Below the pieces are notes generated by a model. It was not told where the DNA came from, ran no database searches, and worked only from the letters and a program-made list of their open reading frames with translations. A stretch of 63,902 bases of DNA, the filler included, from Octopus bimaculoides (taxonomy: Eukaryota): the NCBI RefSeq assembly GCF_001194135.2. It is 8 parts of 6 records of this genome, joined end to end, with 100 filler letters (N's around TTAATTAATTAA, not from the genome) between each part and the next. Parts side by side here need not be neighbours in the genome. Positions count along the whole stretch, not along the records: positions 48,833 to 55,837 come from NC_068993.1; positions 55,938 to 57,381 come from NC_068981.1; positions 57,482 to 62,564 come from NC_068994.1; positions 62,665 to 63,902 come from NW_026410439.1; 4 more parts are not named here. One strand, given 5' to 3'. The translations under genes were made by a program, and so were the position numbers. Positions 54,156 through 63,902 of the stretch are shown in pieces; the stretch's first letter is position 1; the number at the start of each line of letters is the position of its first letter.

Positions 54156-55000
54156 TGACTTTCCTTTATACTCGTGTGATTTACAAATATCTAATATTAA
54201 ATGTTCACTTTAAAATAATGGATGATATTGAAGAAAACCACTTTACAATTTCAGAGGCAAGGAAAAAATATTCTTCATTGTGCTACGATAATTTGTAACA
54301 GCATTTCCACATAGGAACAATACATTTAAAATGTTCTAGTTTATCTTACTGGTCTCAGTAGTTATTTCAGGTTGGGACTTGTTTTAATGATATCTTTTTG
54401 GCGAATCACCAAGTTACGAGATATAGTGATGCAACAGTAATACAGATTTCGGCGTAAACCTAACATGGACACAGGCTCGTCCACACACTCCCTCTCACAC
54501 ACGTACATTTACAGTCGCAAGATTAAGGTCGCATCCCCAAATTAGAGGGAGGTAACATGAAGTAAGAGATGAGTTCAGACAGAGAGAAAATGAAACTACT
54601 ATTGTCAGCTATAAAAGATTAGCAAAACGAAACTGTTATTAAACTTAAGTGTATAATTCTCCTGTTGAAAATCATCAATTCAGTTTAAAGGGTACCAAAT
54701 AGGTATATGATTGTATAAATTGAATCAAGCTTAATTCTTGTATAAATGACGTTAACCGAATTTATCCAATGACTTGATAAAGCCGTTGTTGTTAGACTTA
54801 ATTACAATAGATTTATTACAGTTTTTTATCCAAGTTTTTATAAATATACTATTGTTGTGAACGTCAATCAGTTCATGGACTTATGAAATTCCACGTATCG
54901 TGAAAAGTTATTGATATATATTAAAAACAATTCATGGAATTCTTTGGTAAATGACTTGAAATTATAATTAATGTTTTCATTCTTATCAGTTTCCATAAAT

Positions 55001-55531
55001 CACAGCAGACAACAGACAACAGGCAACATTATTAGTTGTACTTAAATTACATGTGTATAAAAAAGTTATAATCAGGTTGTAACGACGTGAACGTATTCAA
55101 ACTGCTTTAATTTATCTTGTTTACATATCCTTAAATCAAGTCTCAAAACTATTCTAAACTTTAAAAAAATAAATATAATTATTTGATATGATTATTGACA
55201 ATGGAGTGAATTATGGAAATTAAAAATATTATTTACTAGATTTACCTCTCTTTGACCATCAGTTTATATTCGTTTTTCTATTAAGATCTATAATAGACAA
55301 TATTTCTTTCTTCGTTTTATTTACTTTCTTTTCAAACCTCCAAAGGTTTTTAATGAATTTACAGCGTCGATTGCTTGTCGCTACTTAACATCCTAGGTTA
55401 ACAACTCTACTTAGTTACTTTACGATATTGTAAGCATTTTCAATATGTTCATGTCGTTACAACCTGATTAGAACTTTTTTATACACATGTAATTTAAGTA
55501 CAACTAATAATGTTGTCTGTTGTCTGCTGTG
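55001..55531. mobile_element. 531-bp MITE with ~110-bp TIRs, CAC...GTG ends and 3-bp AAT TSD
   Basis: AAT|CACAGCAGACAAC...GTTGTCTGCTGTG|AAT; the arms match over about 110 bp with few differences. Confidence 0.88.
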
Positions 55532-56023
55532 AATTAATGTAACTTGGCCCTGAAGAGATGAAAGGCCCTATTTTCTTATCTCAGACAAGAGTGAGTCGGG
55601 ATCTTGCATCAAAATGCGCATAGGATAATAAACAAGTTTTATTAATATATAGGATTGCGTCTTGGCTCTTATTTCAACTGATATGCACCCAAAATTGTAT
55701 CATCTATATGAAAGTCTTTATATTTAAACAAAGTATAAACAATTTTTCAAGTGAGAATTTTGCTACTTTGATAATAAATACAATATTTTACCAAAATATT
55801 TGGTAGAGATTTTAATATACAAATATATATATATATANNNNNNNNNNNNNNNNNNNNNNNNNNNNNNNNNNNNNNNNNNNNTTAATTAATTAANNNNNNN
55901 NNNNNNNNNNNNNNNNNNNNNNNNNNNNNNNNNNNNNATATATATATATGTATGTATATGTGTATATATATGTATGTATATATATGTATATATATATGTA
56001 TGTGTATATATATGTATGTGTAT

Positions 56024-56061
<38 letters not shown>

Positions 56062-56534
56062 GTATGTATGCATATATGCATATATATATATATGTATGTA
56101 TATATGTATATATATGTATATATGTATATATATGTATGTATATATATATGTAATATATATGTATGTATATTGATGTATGTATATAGATGTATGTATACAG
56201 ATGTATGTACACACACACACACACACACACATATATAAGTATATACTCTACCAATGTTATTTTCGTATTCTTTTCGATACACAATACTAAACTTTTTACT
56301 AAGTAGGCTTCCATTTCGCTTTAATTTTCCTTTAGTTTTCTAGTACGGTTCGTGCCTTCATAATCTTTATAAAAAAATATATTCTTAACAGAATAGTAAG
56401 AATTCATCCAACGAAATTCCATACAATATTTCTGATACATCCATTTACTACAACTAATATAGTTTTTTCCTTATCATATACAACGGTCATTAACCTACAA
56501 TAACTTTCTTCATAAACGTACAGTAATATATTCT

Positions 56535-56663
56535 TTTCTAATCTAGCCACAAGGCCCGAAATTTTTTGGGAGGCGGCCAGTCGATTAGACCGACTCCAGT
56601 ACGCAACTGGTACTTAATTTATCAACCCCGAAAGGATGAAAGGTAAAGTCGACCTCGATGGAA
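56535..56663 (-). mobile_element. SINE family B 3' fragment
   Basis: CACAAGGCCCGAAATT...CCAGTCGATTAGA...GTCGACCTCG. Confidence 0.8.
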
Positions 56664-56769
56664 TGGTACACTTATATATTAAGTACTCATTGAAATAAAT
56701 ATATTCTGTTATGTTCTAACATTGCGTTGAGTTCTTTCAGTTGAATATGTTTGTATCTTTCGTTCAGGG

Positions 56770-57352
56770 TGCTTGGCACCCATGCACCGAGGTTTCGGGC
56801 CTTATCCATCGAGTAAAAGCGATGGTTGACAGTGCTATGAGAACATCTGCTTCGTCAATTCCATATTTGATTTGTAGGGAACCGCGTGGATGAATTTGTT
56901 CAATTGATCTTGATTGAACTGAGCTGGGCGAAGTGCTTGAAGCTTTGAAGCAGAAACGACGTGGAAATCTGAGCAGTGCTGTCCTGTTTTTGCAGGACAA
57001 TACACCAGCACACACAATACATGAAACTCTACGGAAAATACGCGACTTTCACTTCGAATTGGTAGACCACCCACCTTACTCTTATGATTTCGCCCCTTCT
57101 GACTATCACCTCTTTCCGACTAAAGAAACATCTCAAGGAAATGAAATTTCACTCCGATTCGGAAGTGATCGCTGCTGCAAAGGCTACGTTGGAGACAAAA
57201 CCTATCGAATCCTTTTTAACGGGCTTAGAAGAACTGAAGGACCACTGCAATATGTGTATGAATCTGAGAGGGGAATATGTTGATTAAAATCATTAACTGA
57301 TCCTCCCGTATTTTCTTTTACCCAAAACCAGGAACTTTTCAGCATCCCATCG
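56770..57352 (+). mobile_element. mariner (DD34D) element, 5'-truncated, frameshifted
   Basis: LQDNTPAH...HPPYSYDFAPSDYHLF has 34 residues between the catalytic Ds; ends GEYVD*; right-TIR-like ACTTTTCAGCATCCCATCG. Confidence 0.88.
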
Positions 57353-57569
57353 TGTGTATATATATATATATATATATATATNNNNNNNNNNNNNNNNNNN
57401 NNNNNNNNNNNNNNNNNNNNNNNNNTTAATTAATTAANNNNNNNNNNNNNNNNNNNNNNNNNNNNNNNNNNNNNNNNNNNNCCACTAGGCATTTCGCCCG
57501 GCGTGCTAACGCTTCTGCCAGCTCACCACGTTGGTAGTAGCTGTAGTTCTACTAATATTAAGGGTAATC

Positions 57570-57800
57570 CTAAGTCGGCGAGCTGGCAGAAGCGTTATCA
57601 CGCCGGGCGAAATGCTTAGCGGTATTTCGTCTGCCGCTACGTTCTGAGTTCAAATTCTGCCGATGTCGATTTTTTTTTCTTTTGCCCTTCATCCTTTCGG
57701 GGTCGATAAATTAAGTACCAATTAAATACTGGGGTCGATCTAATCGACTGGCCCCCTCCCCATAATTTCAAGCCTTATGCCTAGAGGAGAAAGGAATAAT
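57570..57800 (+). mobile_element. SINE family B, full length
   Basis: A-box TGGCAGAAGCG, B-box GAGTTCAAATTC, tail ending in (AAT)n. Confidence 0.9.
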
Positions 57801-58779
57801 GATAATTCTTTCTNNNNNNNNNNGTTTCACCATTCCATAGCAAAACCGTTCTACTACACTTTGATAATTTTTGGTATCTTGGCATCTGAAGCAGCTGGAG
57901 ATATGATAGTTTGACCAAAAGAAGCGGCTATTATCATCAAAAATTTTTATGTATGTATGTATGTATGTATGTATGTATGTATGTATGTATGTATGCATGT
58001 ACGTATGTATTGATAAGAAATAACAGTCATTAAAAATTCTGCCGAAAAGAATAATTTCCAAGAGTGTTTATTTAAACTACTTTCATTTTCTCTTTGTTTT
58101 ACAGAAGTATAAGGGAAATGTGTTAGTTAAAATTCCAGACAGTGATACCACATGAAAAACAAATAAAAGAAATGCATAAAATGCGAAAAGAAACTGGAAA
58201 AGTAAAAGGAGAGCTTGTTTCGAATTGTTGTTGTTGAGGTTTTTATCCTTATAAAATTTTAGCCCTTGTGTCTATAGAAAGAATTATCATTATTCCTTTC
58301 TCCTCTAGGCATAAGGCTTGAAATTATGGGGAGGGGGCCAGTCGATTAGATCGACCCCAGTATTTAATTGGTACTTAANNNNNNNNNNNNNNNNNNNNNN
58401 NNNNNNNNNNNNNNNNNNNNNNNNNNNNNNNNNNNNNNNNNNNNNNNNNNNNNNNNNNNNNNNNNNNNNNNNNNNNNNNNNNNNNNNNNNNNNNNNNNNN
58501 NNNNNNNNNNNNNNNNNNNNNNNNNNNNNNNNNNNNNNNNNNNNNNNNNNNNNNNNNNNNNNNNNNNNNNNNNNNNNNNNNNNNNNNNNNNNNNNNNNNN
58601 NNNNNNNNNNNNNNNNNNNNNNNNNNNNNNNNNNNNNNNNNNNNNNNNNNNNNNNNNNNNNNNNNNNNNNNNNNNNNNNNNNNNNNNNNNNNNNNNNNNN
58701 NNNNNNNNNNNNNNNNNNNNNNNNNNNNNNNNNNNNNNNNNNNNNNNNNNNNNNNNNNNNNNNNNNNNNATAATGATAA

Positions 58780-58990
58780 TTCTTTCTACTATAGACACAA
58801 GGGCTAAAAATTTTTCTTTTTTTTTCCCTTCATTCTTTCTGCCCTTGTATTTGATTGATACTTTATTTTATCGACTCTCAAAAGATGGAGAGTAAATTTG
58901 TCCCCGACAGGATTTGAACTCAGTGAGTTAAGAACCATAACAAAACTAAAGCATTTAGTTCTACGCTCTAACGCTTCTACCATTTTGCTA
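58780..58990 (-). mobile_element. SINE family B, decayed
   Basis: GATTTGAACTCAG and CTAACGCTTCTACCA blocks. Confidence 0.65.
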
Positions 58991-59442
58991 AATCTCGTGC
59001 AAGCTCTGATAATTTCAGACGGAAAGCAATGGTTAAATGAGAGAGAAAGGGAGAGAGAGAGAGAGAAAACTATGTCTGGTATGAAGAAGTTTTTGTTGTT
59101 TTCAATGGTTGTCATTTTCGATTTCTTTAGCAATGGAAGAAAAGGTCATAGCACTTAGAACATTGTTAGGGATCGTGTTTCTCTGTAAACTTGGTCATTA
59201 TTATTATTATTATTATTATTAGAACGCCTGACGAAATGTTTCAAAGTAGTTTTTCTGGCTTCGCCTTCTGAATTCTTATCCCGAATTTCTTTGCTTACAG
59301 CGGTGGTTCTCAACCGGGATCCCTATGGTCCCTGTGGAACCATATGGCCTATGAGGGTCCATATAAGATTTATTTGGTGAGGAGGGGGTTTAGACAACAA
59401 AATAATAAATTTGGGATCCACAGTAGTGTTTTAGGACAGTTC

Positions 59443-59730
59443 TATATTTAAGAGATGAGGAGTTATGTACATTATTTACATTATTTACATTATTTACATT
59501 TGACAGATATTTGTCCTCATCTTGTTTGTTGTTGACACAACGTTTCGGCTGATATACCATCCAGCCTTCATCAAGTGTCCTGGGAAATTTCGAACCTGGG
59601 TTCTCATTCCTAAGGTATTTTTCGATGTTATTATTATTATTATTATTCACGTCACTGCCTGGAATCGAACTCGGAATCTTGGGGTTAACTACTACACCAT
59701 ATGCCCGTGGGCATATGACGTAGTGGTTAA
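59443..59730 (-). mobile_element. tRNA-headed SINE-like/retrozyme element containing a hammerhead motif
   Basis: Minus strand order: A-box TGGTGTAGTAG, B-box GAGTTCGATTCC, (AAT)n, hammerhead, (AATGTAAAT)x3.7 tail. Confidence 0.75.
59534..59579 (-). ncRNA. Minimal type I hammerhead ribozyme motif (C3U variant in this copy)
   Basis: GACAC-UUGAUGA-A-GGCUG(gaugguauau)CAGCC-GAA-ACGU-U-GUGUC: 5-bp stem I, 5-bp stem II, palindromic ACGU stem III, GUU cleavage triplet. Confidence 0.75.
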
Positions 59731-59806
59731 GGAGCCCCTGAAAAAGTTTGCTTTAGATGTATGTATCGGTGTGTATTGCAAGAAATAGATTTTTTTTTCT
59801 CTGACA

Positions 59807-60182
59807 TCTATATACATAAATGTGTAATGGGGTCTGTTTGTGTGTGTGTTTGGGATTACTCTACCCCCCCCCCCCCCACCGTCCAACCGATTTTAATGAT
59901 TTTTGGCTCATAGGTAGATCCCGTGCCCTGAAGTTCAAATAAGGCCAGAATTTTTCGAAAACTCGATAATGCTCAGTTGCGTCGGCTGCAAAAACTCCGC
60001 TCCGTCAACAAAACTCCGTCGCCTGCCAGTTAACTACTCATCCTGTAACAGCATGCCGAACCAGATATAACATATTAATGGGTAATAGTTGGCACGGGGA
60101 ACGTAGAAGATTTCAATACTAGGTCAGAGGTGGGCTTAACTTCAACACGGAAAACACGAGCAACGCCGGGTCCAACATCTAG
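59807..60182 (+). mobile_element. Non-autonomous Helitron (376 bp)
   Basis: A|TCTATATAC 5' end and CTAG|T 3' end in an AT target, no TSD. GC-rich CGAGCAACGCCGGG subterminal motif and (GT)n near the 5' end. Confidence 0.75.
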
Positions 60183-60740
60183 TTTTACATAGTTCAACCT
60201 ACAGAAGTTAATGTGTGAAACGCAAAATAGGTATTTCGAAAGAAGTTTCTATATAACTAGTTTTTAGACATCGAATGACTATGGGAGTTCACCAGAAAAA
60301 AATAGTAATCGAAGGGGTCCAGAGAGAAACCCCGGTTTACAGACAGTGACCTTGTCGATGATGATGTTATTCGCATGCATGTAATTCAGAGTAACACTAT
60401 ATACAAGCACTCATTGCCCTGTGTTCGTATTTCAGAATTATCTAAGTAACTGATAATGGAACCAAACGGTAATAGAAGCTGGGAGTGTAATTCTTTTGGT
60501 AGCAGATCACAAATTGCAACAATATTATTTCAACACACGACTTCACATTAGGAATCATGCAAAATATATGCAACTGCGAAATTTATCTGTTTGCTCTACT
60601 TTGTATTTTGTCCCCTCTGTGTTCAATCTTGTGTGGCCAATAAGGAAACATATCTGCCTGTCTGTCTGTCTGTCTATCTATCTACATGCCTATATTTGCA
60701 TATATATCAGTATGTGTATGTATGTGTGTATTTATTTATA

Positions 60741-60777
<37 letters not shown>

Positions 60778-60785
60778 AGTTCTGT

Positions 60786-60855
<70 letters not shown>

Positions 60856-60899
60856 GTCTGTCTGTCTGTCTGTCTGTCTGTGTTCTATCTTTTCTTTGT

Positions 60900-61085
60900 T
60901 TCAACCATTGTAGTGCAGTTATGCTGGGGCACCACTCTGAAGAGTTTTATTCGAACAAATCCAACCAATTACATTTTTTTAAAGCCTGTTATTCGTTCTA
61001 TCGGCCTCATGTAGAACCATTAGGTTACAAGGACATAAACAAACTAGTAGCGGTTATGAAATAATGGTGGGGGACAAACACAAAC
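60900..61085 (-). mobile_element. SINE family A 3' fragment, decayed
   Basis: TGTTTCAACCATT..ATGCTGGGGCACC...GGGGGACAAACAC. Confidence 0.65.
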
Positions 61086-61427
61086 ACAAAAGCACAGGCT
61101 GAAAATAACCATATTTATCCTTTTCTATTCAGTTACAATAAATTTTGTTTTTAGTTTTTTTGAAACTATAGTATCAAATGCGAATGTGCATGAAATATCA
61201 TCAATGAATGATATAGATGGGAAATGCAAAAAAAAAAAAAAANNNNNNNNNNTGTGTGTGTGTGTGTGTGCGTGTGTGCGTGTGTGTATGTCTGTGTGTA
61301 CTTATGTGCATGTATGTGTGAGTGAGTATATGTGTGTATGTATGCGCTTGTGTGCATGTAGGAGGGTGGTTAACGGCAGATGTTGAACGTTTGGCCATTC
61401 TGTTTAGAAATATCTTTGCGTCACGAT

Positions 61428-61554
<127 letters not shown>

Positions 61555-61662
61555 TTCATGTACATGCTCAGACATTTATTTAAACGTATACAATTATACC
61601 TACCTATGTACATACATACATGCATAAATCCTTCCATACAGTATGTGTGTGTGTATATGTAT

Positions 61663-61694
<32 letters not shown>

Positions 61695-61824
61695 ATTTAT
61701 GCATAATTATTCATATTTCATTGCAGTAATGTGATAATCATTGAAAACTTTGACTTCTCTAATGAGCGCAGATGTGTGTTCCTTAGCTCCTCATATTGTT
61801 TTCTCTCTTCCACAATGTTGGTTT

Positions 61825-62035
61825 CAAACTTTGGCACAAGGCCTGCAATTCTGAGGGAGTGGGCAAGTCGATTACATCGACCCCAGCGCTGTATTGATAA
61901 TTATTTTTTTGAGCCCCAAAAGGATGATAGACGAATTCGACTTCGGCGGAATTTGAACTCAGAACGTAAAGACAGACGAAATGCCGCTAAACATTTGGCC
62001 CAACTTGTTACGGATTCTGCCAGCTCAGCACCTTT
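61825..62035 (-). mobile_element. SINE family B
   Basis: CGGCGGAATTTGAACTCAGAACGTAAAGACAGACGAAATGCC..TTCTGCCAGCTC. Confidence 0.88.
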
Positions 62036-62664
62036 CTATTCTTTATAATAGTGAAAGTACCCAACATAATATCTGCACAGTATCCAGCAGTGCTACTTTC
62101 TTTATGTTGTGCATATATGCAAGTGCAAGGTTTCTAGTTATGTATCTGCCTGTACATGTTTTAATCATTTCCAAAGCATCTATTATTATAAGGGCTGCTT
62201 TTGCTTCTGGATCCGCTAATCTGGTCATCTCTAGGTATGTGTGTGCATGTCTGTGTGTATACACCCCCCCCCCACACACTAACACATCCACCTACCTACC
62301 TACCTACCTAGGACTATAATAATCTGCAAGATGTTCTTAAGATTTAAAAGAGGATGAACAAAACAAAATGCTTTCCCTTACTACCGAGTAGGTGGCCGGT
62401 CAAAGTTTACTCTAGATTAAAAAGAGTTAAAGCATACGTACAATAGATATAGTTGAAATTTATAGAAAAACAAAAGACGAAGACAGGTGTATGAACAACA
62501 AGCAAGTGTATTAGTTTGACGCTCGGGAAAATGAAAAAATCCTTTACATTTCGAGCCTACGCTCNNNNNNNNNNNNNNNNNNNNNNNNNNNNNNNNNNNN
62601 NNNNNNNNTTAATTAATTAANNNNNNNNNNNNNNNNNNNNNNNNNNNNNNNNNNNNNNNNNNNN

Positions 62665-63783
62665 AATTGAATATGTTTCGGAAGCAGAAATAGAGAAATG
62701 TCTAAAGCCACTTTAAAAAAAAATTACATTTATCACTAGAGGCAAAAGATATGCGACAGTAGAGGTGAGAATGGAGTCAGAGGAAGCTGCTCGGCTCCAT
62801 TCAATAGAACCTCTAGAAACAGAAAAGTAGTTCTCCTACCATTGTATATTGGTAGGAGAACGTCACAAATCACCATAAACAACCCCCCACCACTGAGGTG
62901 GACCCGGAGTGGCTTGTCGCCGCCACAACAATGGGCCTGGAGGAAAAAAAATCTCCATACTGGATGCAACAGTGATTGAATCACGACTGTGGTACGGCCA
63001 GGCCCTGAAAATAATCATTCAGGCTGAACAAGCCACTCTANNNNNNNNNNGGAGGAAAAAAAATCTCCATACTGGATGCAACAGTGATTGAATCACGACT
63101 GTGGTACGGCCAGGCCCTGAAAATAATCATTCAGGCTGAACAAGCCACTCTAGAGGACATAATTGAAAGTTTCGAGGTTGGCGGGACACGTCTGGTCGTA
63201 TCGGTAGAAGGCCGCAAACCTCGTTGCTTTCAATGTGGGGAAAAAAAGGCCACCTCAGGGCGAACTGCCAACAGAAGATGGAGGAGAAAAAGAAAGCAAC
63301 CCAGGAGGAAATGGAAAGAGAAAAAAAAAAAAGGACTCAGAAACTGAGAAGAAACGATAAGAAACAAAAACAAAAAAAGATGATGAAACGCCAGTGCCAG
63401 TGGAAAAAGTTGGAGAGGGTTGGACTACTGTGTCCAACAAAAGAAAATTAAAACAACCCTCCCCAACAGAAGACAAGCAAACAAAAGAAAAACAAAAAAA
63501 AAGAGAAACAAAAGACAGATTAGACAGTTGCTACATGGTGGTTCGAACCTCAAATAGAGAGCTGATGAACCACCTGGCAACAATTGACAAATGAAGGATG
63601 CGGAAAATTGAAGCCAAAAATGGCAAAGCAATTTACAAAACTTTAATATTTTTTACAATAATTATAGAAAAGACATTGGGGCCCCGAGACTGGACTACAC
63701 CCCAACCATGTCGGAGAATTTTTTACCTCCGACTCCACAGGCCTCAGAGGAAGTGGAAAAGGCGGGGGTTTCGCCCCGCCTGA
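62665..63783 (+). mobile_element. Tx1/L1-clade LINE ORF1 (RRM-like region plus CCHC zinc knuckle), frameshifted
   Basis: RGKRYATVEV, YIGRRTSQIT and CFQCGEK-GHLRANC (Cx2Cx4Hx4C across a poly-A frameshift); K/E-rich tail; TGA at 63781-63783. Confidence 0.8.
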
Positions 63784-63805
63784 CACTGATTAAGGTAAGA
63801 CATTT

Positions 63806-63902
63806 ATGGCTATTCATATTGGATGTATAAATGCACGCGGCCTGTCGTCGAATTGGAAGCAAGGGCGCTTCCTAAATGACATCAGGTCGCGGAATTTGGA
63901 TG
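63806..63902 (+). mobile_element. LINE ORF2 start (AP endonuclease N-terminus), runs off the window
   Basis: MAIHIGCINARGLSSNWKQGRFLNDIRSRNLD with the NxRGL motif, 22 nt after the ORF1 stop. Confidence 0.85.

Larger units (their letters stand above)
59298..60345 (+). mobile_element. hAT-type MITE interrupted by a hammerhead-bearing SINE and a Helitron
   Basis: CAGCGGTGGTTCTCAACC left end, shared with 33358. Decayed GGGGTCC..CCGGTT right-end-like sequence near 60314-60340. Confidence 0.55.

Noticed and set aside
57570-57665. tRNA genes at SINE heads (also 26038, 41380, 59650)
   Set aside because: A/B boxes are present but there is no cloverleaf, and each continues into a shared SINE body.

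Overview
AT-rich, microsatellite-dense eukaryotic genomic DNA with many N gaps. The SINE families and repeat landscape resemble an octopus (coleoid cephalopod) draft assembly; this is inference, not a database result. One host gene is recognisable: a minus-strand classical SDR of the RDH16/HSD17B6/SDR9C type, with three spliced coding exons at 2708-4054. Its terminal exon and 5' UTR exon were not found. The rest is repeat-rich non-coding DNA: many tRNA-derived SINE copies of at least three families, two decayed RTE-clade LINEs (one with a 5' inversion), a Tx1/L1-like LINE running off the right edge, three maT/DD37D-type and one mariner DD34D remnant, a Tigger/pogo relic, a long Chapaev3-type transposase ORF, a non-autonomous Helitron, a hAT MITE and two foldback MITEs with clear TSDs. 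The most unusual signals are: (i) a tRNA-headed SINE-like element carrying a minimal type I hammerhead ribozyme motif (59443-59730), plus a second half-hammerhead cut by a gap; (ii) an 838-bp foldback element with an 8-bp TSD and head-to-head TTAGGG/CCCTAA arrays; (iii) a twin-priming-like inverted RTE. Seven 100-bp synthetic scaffold linkers and two ~100-bp contig-overlap duplications are assembly artefacts that limit long-range interpretation. Nearly all ORF-track entries are microsatellite or N-gap artefacts.
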